Shown here one piece after another: positions 17,033-27,029 of a stretch of 29,471 bases of DNA. Source of the stretch: Bacteroidia bacterium (GTDB lineage: Bacteria > Bacteroidota > Bacteroidia > UKL13-3). Positions within the stretch are counted from its first letter, which is position 1; each line of letters begins with the position of its first letter. Under the pieces are notes generated by a model. That model saw nothing but the letters and a program-made list of their open reading frames with translations. It was not told the origin of the DNA and ran no database searches. The stretch is from the NCBI GenBank assembly GCA_019454865.1, contig JACFNJ010000002.1, forward strand, positions 1 to 29,471, written 5' to 3'. A program made the position numbers and the translations under genes.

Positions 17033-18112
17033 ATGGCAATTTCAATAAAAATAACCAAAACTACACAATCAAGAATTTCAGAGTGCGATTTTAATAACAT
17101 AAAATTTGGGAATATTTTTAGCGACCACATGTTTGTTGTAGATTATGAAGATGGAGAATGGAAAAATGCAGAAATATTACCTTTTGGAAATTTAAGTTTA
17201 TCTCCTTCTACTTTTGCGTTGCATTATGGGCAAGCAATTTTTGAAGGAATGAAGGCATTTATAAACAATAATGGTGAAGCACAATTGTTTCGTCCGTTAG
17301 ATAATTGGAAACGATTAAATTTAAGTGCCAAACGTATGGGAATGGCTGAACTACCTGCTGATATTTTTATGGATGGATTGAGTAAGTTAGTTGAGATAGA
17401 TAAGCAATGGATTCCTACACTTCCGGGAAGTGCACTTTATATTCGTCCGTTTATGTTTGCTGCCGATAATTATGTAGGTGTAAGAACAGCCTTAAAGTTT
17501 AAGTTTGTTATATTTACTTGTCCGGTAAATGCATATTACCCTAAACCATTACGTGTATTAGTTGAGCAAAAATATGTACGTGCATTTAATGGTGGAGTAG
17601 GAAATGTAAAAGCTGCCGGAAACTATGCAATAAGCATGTTACCCACTACCGAAGCAAATAATAAAGGGTTTGACCAAATAATTTGGACGGATGGAAATGA
17701 ACACAAATACGTTGAAGAAAGCGGAACCATGAATGTGTTTTTTGTAATAGGAAAGAAGGTAATTACACCAAATTTAGACGGAACTATTTTAGCAGGTATT
17801 ACCCGCGATAGCTGTATAAAATTACTAAAGTCAGAAGGGTATGAAGTTGAAGAAAGAAAAGTAAGTATTGACGAAATAATTGAGGCACATAAAAACGGAT
17901 TGTTAAATGATGCTTTTGGAACAGGCACAGCTGCTATTGTTGCAAAAATTGCTACCTTTAATCACAATGGAATAGATTATAACTTGCCTGATGTTAATAC
18001 CAGAGAGGTTAGTAACTTTTTATACAAGCAATTAAATGCAATACAAACCGGAAATGCAGAGGACAAATTCGATTGGAATTTGCCTATAAGAAATGCTGCA
18101 ATAAATATTTAA
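17033..18112 (+). CDS. ilvE: Branched-chain amino acid aminotransferase
   Basis: FSDHMF, LHYGQAIFEGMKA, LFRP, LYIRPFMF, PLP lysine in VKAAGNYA, EESGTMNVF, ILAGITR, FGTGTAA. Confidence 0.95.
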   Translation: MAISIKITKTTQSRISECDFNNIKFGNIFSDHMFVVDYEDGEWKNAEILPFGNLSLSPSTFALHYGQAIFEGMKAFINNNGEAQLFRPLDNWKRLNLSAKRMGMAELPADIFMDGLSKLVEIDKQWIPTLPGSALYIRPFMFAADNYVGVRTALKFKFVIFTCPVNAYYPKPLRVLVEQKYVRAFNGGVGNVKAAGNYAISMLPTTEANNKGFDQIIWTDGNEHKYVEESGTMNVFFVIGKKVITPNLDGTILAGITRDSCIKLLKSEGYEVEERKVSIDEIIEAHKNGLLNDAFGTGTAAIVAKIATFNHNGIDYNLPDVNTREVSNFLYKQLNAIQTGNAEDKFDWNLPIRNAAINI

Positions 18113-18188
18113 GTGTAAAAAGTAATTCGTTCAATATATTTCAGTCAAATTATTTTTATTTGTTGAATAAAATAAGCCCAAGTTTCGG

Positions 18189-21047
18189 ATGAAGTACCTT
18201 TTACACTTTATTTTGATTGTTGTGTTACTAAATACAACAAGTGCACAAACTAATACCGGAATAATTACAGGAACAGTTAAAGATAAAAAAGACAATTCTG
18301 AATTAATAGGAGTAAGCGTATTAATAAAAGGAACTTCATTTGGCGCAGCAACTGATGTTAATGGAAAATTTACTATAAAAAATGTTCGAGCAGGTGAATA
18401 CGCATTGGAAGTTTCTTACATTGGGTATAGCAAAACGGTACTTACAGGCATAAAGGTAAAAGCAGGCGAATCCAAAGAAGTAAATATTTTATTACAACCT
18501 GCAACTGTAACTACCGAAGATGTAATAATTGTAGGGAAAAAACCATTGATAGATGTAGATAAGGCATCATCTGTAAATACTATTTCGAAAGAAGCTATTG
18601 AATTAGCACCGGCAAGACAATTACAAAGTATTATAAATACACAACCCGGTGTTGTAAATTCACCAGCAGGTGTAAGTATAAGAGGTGGCAGAACGTATGA
18701 AACCGGAGTATATGTTGATGGTGTAAAAGTTACTGATCCATTAGCAGGAACCGGATTTGGATTAGACCTAGGTAGTAATGCTGTAGGCGATATAGAAATA
18801 ACTACCGGAGGTATAGGCGCTGAAATTGGTGATGCAACCGCAGGTGTAGTAAATACTAAAACTCGAAACGGTGGTGATAAACTGGAGTTTGGTATAAACC
18901 ATAAACGAGATAATTTTGGATTTAACTCATCCCGCTTAGATTGTTGGAACAGTAGTGTAACGGAAATAAATGTTGGTGGTCCATTGTTAAAAAAAATATT
19001 CGATAATCGGTTAAAATTTTCTACATCATTTCGTGCAGCTTTTACGGATGAATACTATAAAAATCCGGCTAATCAAGTTATATCTTACAATTTTCCGCAG
19101 AAAGGATGGGGCGATAGTCGCTTGTTTTCGCCCTTTCAGGATAACCGCTGGAATGTATTTGGTAAGTTGAGTTATAATTTTAAGAATGCAAAAAACATTA
19201 CAGTTTCCGGTTTACGATCAATAACAATAAATCAGGATGTAAATATGTTGCGCATATTTGGCAATGATTTGCCTTTTCAGCCAGGTTACCAATATAATTT
19301 TAGCCAGCAAATGGATAATGCCAATACTTATACGCATGATGCAAATATGGTATCGGTAGATTGGAAACAAGGTATTAGCAAACGATTTTCATACAACATA
19401 CTTGCTTCAAGATTTTTTGTAAAGTTACAAGCTGACGCAAATGGGCGACCATGGCGCCCAAGTAGTGTGAACCAAGTGTTGGATCCGGCATCAATTAACC
19501 AATTTCCTGTTACCTATTTTAATCCAAATGATTCCATCGTATTTATTAATCTTTCGTCAGGGTTTTATAATAACGGAGGTATAGCTACACTTTGGCACTC
19601 TCATTACTTTGAAGAGTATTCCGTAAAGGCACAAGGCAATTTGATATCAAAAAATTCATTGAATAAATTGACCTTTGGCTTTGAGATGAAGATGCAAGAA
19701 ATGCAATGGATAGATATTATACGTCCATGGGTAGGAGCTCCGCTACCATTAGCCGGAGGAGGTGAATCGCAAACGTTTCGTTTAGGGCAGCAAAGTGATA
19801 TATGGAAAGTAAGCCCACAGCGTGGAGGGTTTTTTATTACCGACCAAATTAAATACAAAGGATTGATTGCAACTGTTGGCGGACGTTTTGAATATTGGGC
19901 TCCCGGAAAGTTTGTAGATGATGCTATCGAAAATAAAAATGCTCCAATACGCCAAGAGATTCGCGATTCGTATCTAAAAAATTCAACCCAAATAGGCGAT
20001 TTACGCTACAAGTTCCGGTTTTTACCCAAAATTGCAGCATCTTTCCCAATTCGTGAAAATCAAATGTTGTATTTCAATTATGGACACAACACAATATTAC
20101 CACACCCTTCTTACATTTATCCGGGGTTAGATCCGTTTTATCAAGATCGTTCAACAATTGCTAATGTAGGAAATCCCGACTTAAACCCTGAAGTGGACAT
20201 TAGTTATGAGATAGGATTAAAAACACAAATTACCAGCAACGATGCTTTTACTATTTCAGCATTTTGGAAAGATAAATATGATTTTATAACTACAACAAGC
20301 GTATTTATTAAAGATGCAACCGGAAGGGAAGTAGCCCGAACTATGCGCATTAACAGTGATTATGCACGAAGCAGAGGTGTGGAGTTTGGTTATATTAAAC
20401 GAATAGGTAATTGGTATAATGGTCAGCTTTCTTATACCTATCAGGTTACAACCGGACAAAGTGCAAGTGCTAATGATAAATTAAAAGAGCTTTTAGCTAC
20501 AGGAGCAACTGAGGATACAAAAGAATTTTATCTACCATGGGATGTACCGCATAATTTCAAAACAAACCATATTTTTAAAATAGATACAAAAACCGGATTA
20601 TTTAATAAGAAATGGTTGAATAAAATGAGTTTTTATGTAGAAACAAACTTACGCAGTGGTATTCGATATACACCTTATGTGTTTGATAGAAATGATGTAA
20701 ATACCGGAAGACCTATTTATGTACAAGACCCAAATCCGGATGCGAAATGGGAAAAAATTGGGCAATATTGGTTTTGGACAGATGTAACGTTTACACGCTG
20801 GTGGAATATTGCAGGCAGGCAAATTAATTTTAGTATTCAGGTTACAAATATTTTTAACAATAAAAACGCAACTATAATAAATCCTGTAACCGGAAGAGCT
20901 TATGAACTTGGAGATAATGTTCCGGATTCATGGGTTGATTCAAGATACAGAGACCCTCGCTTAGGTGTTACCGGTCCACTTCCATTAAATCCGTCACGCT
21001 ATATGGAGCAACGACATATAATGGTAGGTGTTGCTGTTAAATTCTAA
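18189..21047 (+). CDS. TonB-dependent outer membrane receptor with N-terminal carboxypeptidase-regulatory-like domain
   Basis: Signal peptide; ITGTVKDK...GVSVLIKGT...GAATDVNGKF...SYIGY; plug SIRGGR..E...VDG, TGGIGAEIGDA..GVVN; GNPDLNPE; terminal beta strand ending in F (MVGVAVKF). Confidence 0.88.
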   Translation: MKYLLHFILIVVLLNTTSAQTNTGIITGTVKDKKDNSELIGVSVLIKGTSFGAATDVNGKFTIKNVRAGEYALEVSYIGYSKTVLTGIKVKAGESKEVNILLQPATVTTEDVIIVGKKPLIDVDKASSVNTISKEAIELAPARQLQSIINTQPGVVNSPAGVSIRGGRTYETGVYVDGVKVTDPLAGTGFGLDLGSNAVGDIEITTGGIGAEIGDATAGVVNTKTRNGGDKLEFGINHKRDNFGFNSSRLDCWNSSVTEINVGGPLLKKIFDNRLKFSTSFRAAFTDEYYKNPANQVISYNFPQKGWGDSRLFSPFQDNRWNVFGKLSYNFKNAKNITVSGLRSITINQDVNMLRIFGNDLPFQPGYQYNFSQQMDNANTYTHDANMVSVDWKQGISKRFSYNILASRFFVKLQADANGRPWRPSSVNQVLDPASINQFPVTYFNPNDSIVFINLSSGFYNNGGIATLWHSHYFEEYSVKAQGNLISKNSLNKLTFGFEMKMQEMQWIDIIRPWVGAPLPLAGGGESQTFRLGQQSDIWKVSPQRGGFFITDQIKYKGLIATVGGRFEYWAPGKFVDDAIENKNAPIRQEIRDSYLKNSTQIGDLRYKFRFLPKIAASFPIRENQMLYFNYGHNTILPHPSYIYPGLDPFYQDRSTIANVGNPDLNPEVDISYEIGLKTQITSNDAFTISAFWKDKYDFITTTSVFIKDATGREVARTMRINSDYARSRGVEFGYIKRIGNWYNGQLSYTYQVTTGQSASANDKLKELLATGATEDTKEFYLPWDVPHNFKTNHIFKIDTKTGLFNKKWLNKMSFYVETNLRSGIRYTPYVFDRNDVNTGRPIYVQDPNPDAKWEKIGQYWFWTDVTFTRWWNIAGRQINFSIQVTNIFNNKNATIINPVTGRAYELGDNVPDSWVDSRYRDPRLGVTGPLPLNPSRYMEQRHIMVGVAVKF

Positions 21048-22381
21048 TTTTTTGAAGTACTTTTTATTATTAAGTAATAAATAGGAATACCCAATAGTAC
21101 TATTAATATACCGGGTTTTTCAATAAGTAAACTTATGCATACAAATAATGCCATTAAAATATATAGTATTGGAATAACAGGATATCCCCAAACTTTGTAT
21201 GGTCGTTCGGTATTGGGTTGTTTCTTACGTAAAATAATTACACCGGCTACTGTTAGTATATAAAAAAGCATTACTGCTATTACAACGTAATCCAACAATT
21301 GGTTATATCCTCCACTAAGTGCAAGTATGCTAGTCCAGATTGCTTGTATAATAAGTGAAAACTGAGGTACTTCATTTTTATTTAATACTGATGCTTTTTT
21401 AAAAAACAAACCATCCAATGCCATTGCATAATATACACGCGCTCCACTTAGTGTTAAGCCATTAATGCAACCAAATGTACTTACCATTATTAATGCAGCC
21501 ATAATCCACATACCAATATTTCCAAAAATTGTATTTAAAAGTAATGTGCCTACTCTGCTATCTTTGGCTGTGGCTATTGCATCGTACGACAAGCAATAAA
21601 GGTAAATGTAATTAATAAAAATATAGATTAACAATACACCAAGTGTACCAATAAACAAGGAAAGCGGAAGTACACGTTTTGGGTTTTCAATTTCACTTCC
21701 GGTAAATGTTACGTTATTCCATGCATCACTACTAAAAATACTTCCTACTAATGCTGCTCCAAAAATTGTAGGTAATGCACTATAGTTAAAGGTTGATGGC
21801 AGACTCCACTCTATTTGTTTGGGTTGGTTGGTTAGTATAAAATAAAGTCCGGCAAGTATCATTACTACTAATGCACCGATTTTGGTGAATGTGAAAAAAT
21901 TTTGAACCAATGCGCCTATTTGAAGCCCACGGAAATTTACCCAAGATAAAATCCATACAACTGCAATAGCTAAAACTTGTTTAGTACTGATAGAAAATAC
22001 ACCAAATTGAAAAATAATTTCAGAATCAGCTATGGATGGGAAAAAAACACCGGTATAATTAGCAAAAGCTACAGCTACGGCAGCAATAGTTCCTGTTTGA
22101 ATAACTGTAAATAAAGTCCAGCCGTATAAAAATCCGATTAGTTTGTTATATGCTTCGCGTAAATATACATACTGACCACCCGCTTTGGGCATTAAAGCAG
22201 CTAACTCACCATAACTTAATGCAGCAAAAACGGTAAGCAGTGCAGTTACAATCCAAGCTAAAATTAGTAAAATAGGCGACTGCAACTCAAGTGCCATTGT
22301 TGCAGGAACAATAAATATGCCCGAGCCAATCATACTGCCTGAAATTAGCATTATACAGTCAGTAAGATTTAGCTTTTTCAT
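21044..22381 (-). CDS. APC family amino acid permease
   Basis: GSMIGSGIF, YGELAALMPKAGGQYVYLREAY, EIENPKRVLP, RVYYAMALDGLFF, RPYKVWGYP; about 12 TM helices. Confidence 0.93.
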   Translation of the reverse strand: MKKLNLTDCIMLISGSMIGSGIFIVPATMALELQSPILLILAWIVTALLTVFAALSYGELAALMPKAGGQYVYLREAYNKLIGFLYGWTLFTVIQTGTIAAVAVAFANYTGVFFPSIADSEIIFQFGVFSISTKQVLAIAVVWILSWVNFRGLQIGALVQNFFTFTKIGALVVMILAGLYFILTNQPKQIEWSLPSTFNYSALPTIFGAALVGSIFSSDAWNNVTFTGSEIENPKRVLPLSLFIGTLGVLLIYIFINYIYLYCLSYDAIATAKDSRVGTLLLNTIFGNIGMWIMAALIMVSTFGCINGLTLSGARVYYAMALDGLFFKKASVLNKNEVPQFSLIIQAIWTSILALSGGYNQLLDYVVIAVMLFYILTVAGVIILRKKQPNTERPYKVWGYPVIPILYILMALFVCISLLIEKPGILIVLLGIPIYYLIIKSTSKN

Positions 22382-22388
22382 ATTTAAG

Positions 22389-23309
22389 TTATTTTAATTC
22401 AAAGGTTGATTCGCCAATTACAAAACCATCTACATATAACTCTACCTTGTATATTCCTTTACCAAAAGTAGTACCACGCGACCAGTAAAGTTTTACATCC
22501 ATTGCTTTTTGTTCAAATTCAATTTCTTGCTTTGTGGAATAAAGCGATTCTTGTCCTTGAAAAGTGAATGACCCCGAACCAGCTGCTTCGTTATAAAGGG
22601 TTGCACCATCCGGTCCTATTACTTTTATAAATATTGTTTTTGTGCCTTGGTCATTAACATAGTTTTCATCAATGCGAAACGAAATTTTTAATTTTTCCAA
22701 TTGGTTTACCCGATTGGTTTCTCGTTCTTTCCCATTGCTTCGGGTTTTTACCCCGGTAACAAAAATTTGTTCGGCATTTAGTTTTGAACCAATTGCAACC
22801 TTGTTACTAAGGCGAATGTTTTCCATTGATAAATTTTCGTTTTTTCGTTTTTCTTTATCTACAGTGCCTCTTAGTTGGTTGTTTTCTTTATTTAAAAAAT
22901 CAATTCTATTGGATAAAGAATCAATTTGATTGAGGTATTTTCGTTTGTAATATCTTAATTGGTCTATCTCTTCAGTAGCTTTTTCTAATTGTGCTTTTGT
23001 AAGTCTATTGTTTCTAAGTAAATGATCAATTCTATCTGCAAATTCTTGTATTGAGTCGTTCTTTTCTTTTAAAAAAGCATCCAATTCACTGTTTTTTCCT
23101 TTATAAAGTTCTAATGACGATTGCGTTTCATTGAGTACTTTCTCTAATTCAGCCTTAGCAGAATCCGTAGCAAATAATGTTTCTTCGGTTTGAACTAATT
23201 TTTTATCGGTAGTGAAATAATTATAAACAAAAACACCATTTAATGAAAGTAGGATAAGTATTACGATGATGTAATAAATATCTCTTGATTTTTTGGATTG
23301 CTCTTCCAT
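22389..23309 (-). CDS. Membrane-anchored coiled-coil hypothetical protein with C-terminal beta-sandwich-like domain
   Basis: N-terminal TM helix (IYYIIVILILLSLNGVFVY), long heptad-rich region, beta-rich tail (GIYKVELYVDGFVIG). Confidence 0.75.
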   Translation of the reverse strand: MEEQSKKSRDIYYIIVILILLSLNGVFVYNYFTTDKKLVQTEETLFATDSAKAELEKVLNETQSSLELYKGKNSELDAFLKEKNDSIQEFADRIDHLLRNNRLTKAQLEKATEEIDQLRYYKRKYLNQIDSLSNRIDFLNKENNQLRGTVDKEKRKNENLSMENIRLSNKVAIGSKLNAEQIFVTGVKTRSNGKERETNRVNQLEKLKISFRIDENYVNDQGTKTIFIKVIGPDGATLYNEAAGSGSFTFQGQESLYSTKQEIEFEQKAMDVKLYWSRGTTFGKGIYKVELYVDGFVIGESTFELK

Positions 23310-23313
23310 GTAT

Positions 23314-23373
23314 AAAATAAGCGATTAGAGTTGAAAATTTTGGTGTGTAAAGAAAATAAAAAAATAAGCGATT
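23314..23373. repeat. 13-bp direct repeat AAAATAAGCGATT (23314-23326 and 23361-23373)
   Basis: Exact copies 47 bp apart in the 108-bp spacer between aat and the coiled-coil gene. Confidence 0.6.
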
Positions 23374-23417
23374 GCGTTAAAAAGATATTAACAAGTAAGC
23401 AAGTTCAATTGTTTAAG

Positions 23418-23987
23418 TTATTCAAAAAGTGCTTTGTGTAGTAGTTGTTTGTATGCTTCACGGGTTATTTCAATTGCTCCTAATGTTTTTAGGTGGTCAG
23501 AAATATATTGAGTATCCAATAATGTCATGTTGTTTTCTTGCATCCAATTTACCAAAACATAAAGTGCCACTTTACTTGCATCGGTTTTTAAACTAAACAT
23601 GCTTTCGCCAAAAAAAGCTTTGCCTAATGCTACACCATAAAGCCCGCCTACCAAGCAATGGTTGCTATCGCGTGTTTCAAAGCTAAATGCGTAACCCATT
23701 TCGTACAAATTATAATATATTTCAATAATTTCTTCGCTTATCCAAGTGCTTTCACGGTTAGCGCAGTTACGCATTACAAGTTCAAAATCATGGTTTATTG
23801 TTACATAGTATTTACCACTTTTTAATGTTTGTTTAAGTGATTTACTTACCTTGAACTTTTCCAATGGGATTATTCCTCTATACTCCGGTTCAACCCAGTA
23901 TATTTCATTGTTACCCATTTCATCTGCCATTGGAAATACTCCAATTTTGTATGCCTCTAAAACCATTTCGGGAGTAATGCTATACAT
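23418..23987 (-). CDS. aat: Leucyl/phenylalanyl-tRNA--protein transferase
   Basis: AYKIGVFPMA, YWVEP..RGIIP, VGGLYGVALGKAFFGESMFS, ASKVAL, LLDTQ, HLKTLGA. Confidence 0.94.
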   Translation of the reverse strand: MYSITPEMVLEAYKIGVFPMADEMGNNEIYWVEPEYRGIIPLEKFKVSKSLKQTLKSGKYYVTINHDFELVMRNCANRESTWISEEIIEIYYNLYEMGYAFSFETRDSNHCLVGGLYGVALGKAFFGESMFSLKTDASKVALYVLVNWMQENNMTLLDTQYISDHLKTLGAIEITREAYKQLLHKALFE

Positions 23988-23993
23988 AACTTT

Positions 23994-25325
23994 TTAAAAA
24001 TCCAGAATGTTTTTATTAGCATTAGAAAGCTCCATTGCTTCTTCTAACTTTATGTAATTGATTTTTATTTGGTGTAATATTTCACTTTCATGTTTTTTTA
24101 GCTCACCCATACTTTCCAATCGGTTGATGATAAAACTTAACGTGAGTTTGCTAATATCTACTGCCGGTACATAACAATTTTCTTTGTTTTTTTCTTGCTC
24201 GGATGTTTTTACAACTAAGTTACATTTTTGCATTACAGTTAAAAGCTGTTTGCAAAGGCTTGCCGGTAGTTGAAGGCGGGTTGCTATTTTGTCAATATCC
24301 GGTGGAGGGGTAGCATTTTTAAAACATTTGGCTATATAATGTAAAATGTAAATGCTATATAACATACGCATTTTATGACTTATGTTTTCATTCTGTTGTT
24401 CAGCCTGAAATGTTGCTATATTCTGTACACTATATGAAATTTCTGCACCTATCAATACAATCATCCAACTGAATTGTAGCCAGGTTATAAATAATGGAAT
24501 TGAAGCAAAACTACCGTAAATAGCATTGTACCGCGATACACCCACTTGAAATGCAATATATCCCCACTGAAAAATTTGAAACACACTACCTGCAATAATT
24601 CCTGATACAATTGCAGCCTTAGGTTTTACACGTATGTTGGGCATTACTAAGTATAAGAATGTAAACAAAAGGCTGGTTGTAATATATGGTAATACTTGTA
24701 AGGAAATAATTATGGACTCAGTAACAAATGTCCCCAAAAAACTTAATTTGGTAACGATGTTTTGTACTTGAGTGGTTATAAAAATATTGGCTGCACCCGA
24801 AATAATAATAAGAATAGGTGAAAGTAACATAATGGATAGATAGTCGGTAAACTTACGTGCCCATGTTCGAGATACGGTTACATACCATATTGAATTAAAA
24901 GTGTCTTCTATATTACTTAACACCTGCACAACACTCCACAGTAATAATAAAAACCCGAATCCGGCTACTATACCGCCCTTAGTACTTCCCAATAAATTGT
25001 GTGTGTAATTAATTACATTTTCAAGAATCATGGGTTGTGAACTGAACCATTCGCGCAATTGTTTGTCAAGATAGGTTTCTAACCCAAAGCCATGCGCAAT
25101 ACCAAATACCATAGCAAAAACCGGAACGATAGACATTAAAGTATATAATGTTAAAGCAGATGCACGAAGTCCGAGTTTTTTTCTGGAGTAATCCTTAACA
25201 GCTAATATACTAATACGAAGTAATCGTATCCCATTTCGTTGCCATTTCGGAAACTTTTCTAATTTTACATACCAAATATCATTTGTAATGAATTCTATTA
25301 CTTTTGATAATGTAGTTTTTGTCAT
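23994..25325 (-). CDS. YihY/virulence factor BrkB family membrane protein with C-terminal HTH-like extension
   Basis: RASALTLYTLMSIVP, IEDTFNSIW, YNAIYGSFASIPLFITWLQFSWMIVLIGAE. Confidence 0.9.
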   Translation of the reverse strand: MTKTTLSKVIEFITNDIWYVKLEKFPKWQRNGIRLLRISILAVKDYSRKKLGLRASALTLYTLMSIVPVFAMVFGIAHGFGLETYLDKQLREWFSSQPMILENVINYTHNLLGSTKGGIVAGFGFLLLLWSVVQVLSNIEDTFNSIWYVTVSRTWARKFTDYLSIMLLSPILIIISGAANIFITTQVQNIVTKLSFLGTFVTESIIISLQVLPYITTSLLFTFLYLVMPNIRVKPKAAIVSGIIAGSVFQIFQWGYIAFQVGVSRYNAIYGSFASIPLFITWLQFSWMIVLIGAEISYSVQNIATFQAEQQNENISHKMRMLYSIYILHYIAKCFKNATPPPDIDKIATRLQLPASLCKQLLTVMQKCNLVVKTSEQEKNKENCYVPAVDISKLTLSFIINRLESMGELKKHESEILHQIKINYIKLEEAMELSNANKNILDF

Positions 25326-25371
25326 GGCGTAAATATAAAAATCTTCTTGCTATTCTGTTTTTTTGTAAAAA

Positions 25372-26187
25372 ATGATTGAACCAAAAACATTTAATTATCT
25401 CCAGTCCGTAATTACATACCATCGGTATGGAAAAGGCACAAATACATTAGTAGCTTTTCATGGTTATAACCAAACCGGAGCTGAATTTGCATATTTTGAA
25501 GATGTATTGGGAGAGTATTTTACAATCATTGCAATTGATTTTTTTGAACATGGCGGCAGTAAATGGAACGAAACATTTGATTTTACTGATAAGCACATGA
25601 AAGAAATTTTGGAAGGAATTGCATTGCAAGAAAATATTTTGAACAAAAGATTTTCCGTTTGTTCGTATAGTATGGGAGCTCGTTTAGCTCGTGCATTGGT
25701 TCGAAATTTCCCTCATAAAATTGATTATTTTATTTTACTCTCTCCACCTACTAAAATTTTCAACCGTTTTTTAAGTTTTACGGTAAATAATCCCGTTGGG
25801 CTATCTCTCTTTCAATATTTTGTTAAGCACCCGCAAGCACTGCAAAATTGGGTAAAACGCCTACATCAATTAAAAATATTAAACAGAAGTATTTATGTTT
25901 TTACAAGTAAATTTGTAGGACGGAAAAACAGAATTGAGAAGGTGTATAAAACTTGGTTTGCTCAACGAAAACTAAAAACAAATTTGCGTTCTTTTAGTAA
26001 TTTATTAAACCTGCATAATATTACAACGATATTGATAGTTGGTAAATCCGATAATATTACTCCATCACGAAGTGCACTAACATTTATGAAAAAAATTAAA
26101 AACAAACGAATATTTATTTTGCCAAAAAAACATGAACTTGCTACACCTGAAACCAGGCAAGTATTTTCACAACTATTTAATAAATAA
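25372..26187 (+). CDS. Alpha/beta fold hydrolase
   Basis: LVAFHGY, IDFFEHGGS, nucleophile elbow SYSMG (GxSxG variant), IVGKSD, distal His (KKHE). Confidence 0.85.
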   Translation: MIEPKTFNYLQSVITYHRYGKGTNTLVAFHGYNQTGAEFAYFEDVLGEYFTIIAIDFFEHGGSKWNETFDFTDKHMKEILEGIALQENILNKRFSVCSYSMGARLARALVRNFPHKIDYFILLSPPTKIFNRFLSFTVNNPVGLSLFQYFVKHPQALQNWVKRLHQLKILNRSIYVFTSKFVGRKNRIEKVYKTWFAQRKLKTNLRSFSNLLNLHNITTILIVGKSDNITPSRSALTFMKKIKNKRIFILPKKHELATPETRQVFSQLFNK

Positions 26188-26193
26188 AAACAC

Positions 26194-26976
26194 ATGCAAT
26201 ACGAAACCGTTTTATTTGAACAAAACAATGGCATAGCCACTTTAACATTAAATCGTCCGGATGTATTTAATGCTTTTAATGATCAATTAAGTTTTGATGT
26301 GATGGCAGTTTTAAAGCACATTCAAAAAGAAAATACTGCCCGCGTATTGGTAATTACGGGTGCAGGGAAAGCATTTTGCAGCGGACAAGATTTAAAAGCT
26401 ATTTCCGGTTCCAAGAATCGATCATTGAGTGATAGTTTATACAATCGTTATAACCCTATGATAAAAGCAATTCGCGAATTACCAATTCCGGTATTGTGCA
26501 GGTTGAATGGAGTTGCGGCAGGTGCCGGATGCAGCTTGGCATTGGCTTGTGATATGATAATTGCATCTGAAAACGCAGCATTAATTGAAGTTTTTGTAAA
26601 TGTAGGGTTGGTATTAGATTCCGGCTCGAGTTATTTTTTACCGCGTTTAGTTGGCTCAGCACGTGCTTTTGAGTTATCTACAATGGGCAGTAAATTAACT
26701 GCTCAGCAAGCATTTGAGTGGGGAATAATAAATAGAGTAGTGGCACTGGATAAATTGGATGATGAATTAAATAAATTTACTGAATACTACGCTAAAGCAC
26801 CTACCAAAGCAATTGGGATGATGAAAAAAATGTTAAACAAATCATCACATTCAAGCCTAGATGAAATGTTGCAATACGAAGCCTACTGCCAAGAAATTGC
26901 CGGTAGAAGTAATGATTACAAAGAGGGTGTTGCTGCATTTAATGAAAAGCGAAAGCCTGAATTTAAAGGGATGTAA
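26194..26976 (+). CDS. Enoyl-CoA hydratase/isomerase (PaaG-like crotonase)
   Basis: LTLNRPDVFNAF, ITGAGKAFCSGQDL, NGVAAGAGCSLALACD, GLVLDSGSSYFLPRLVG, EGVAAFNEKRKPEFKG. Confidence 0.92.
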   Translation: MQYETVLFEQNNGIATLTLNRPDVFNAFNDQLSFDVMAVLKHIQKENTARVLVITGAGKAFCSGQDLKAISGSKNRSLSDSLYNRYNPMIKAIRELPIPVLCRLNGVAAGAGCSLALACDMIIASENAALIEVFVNVGLVLDSGSSYFLPRLVGSARAFELSTMGSKLTAQQAFEWGIINRVVALDKLDDELNKFTEYYAKAPTKAIGMMKKMLNKSSHSSLDEMLQYEAYCQEIAGRSNDYKEGVAAFNEKRKPEFKGM

Positions 26977-27029
26977 TTTGGTAATTTCGATTTTAATCCC
27001 TAACTTGGTAAAAGTTAAATAATTAAGTT

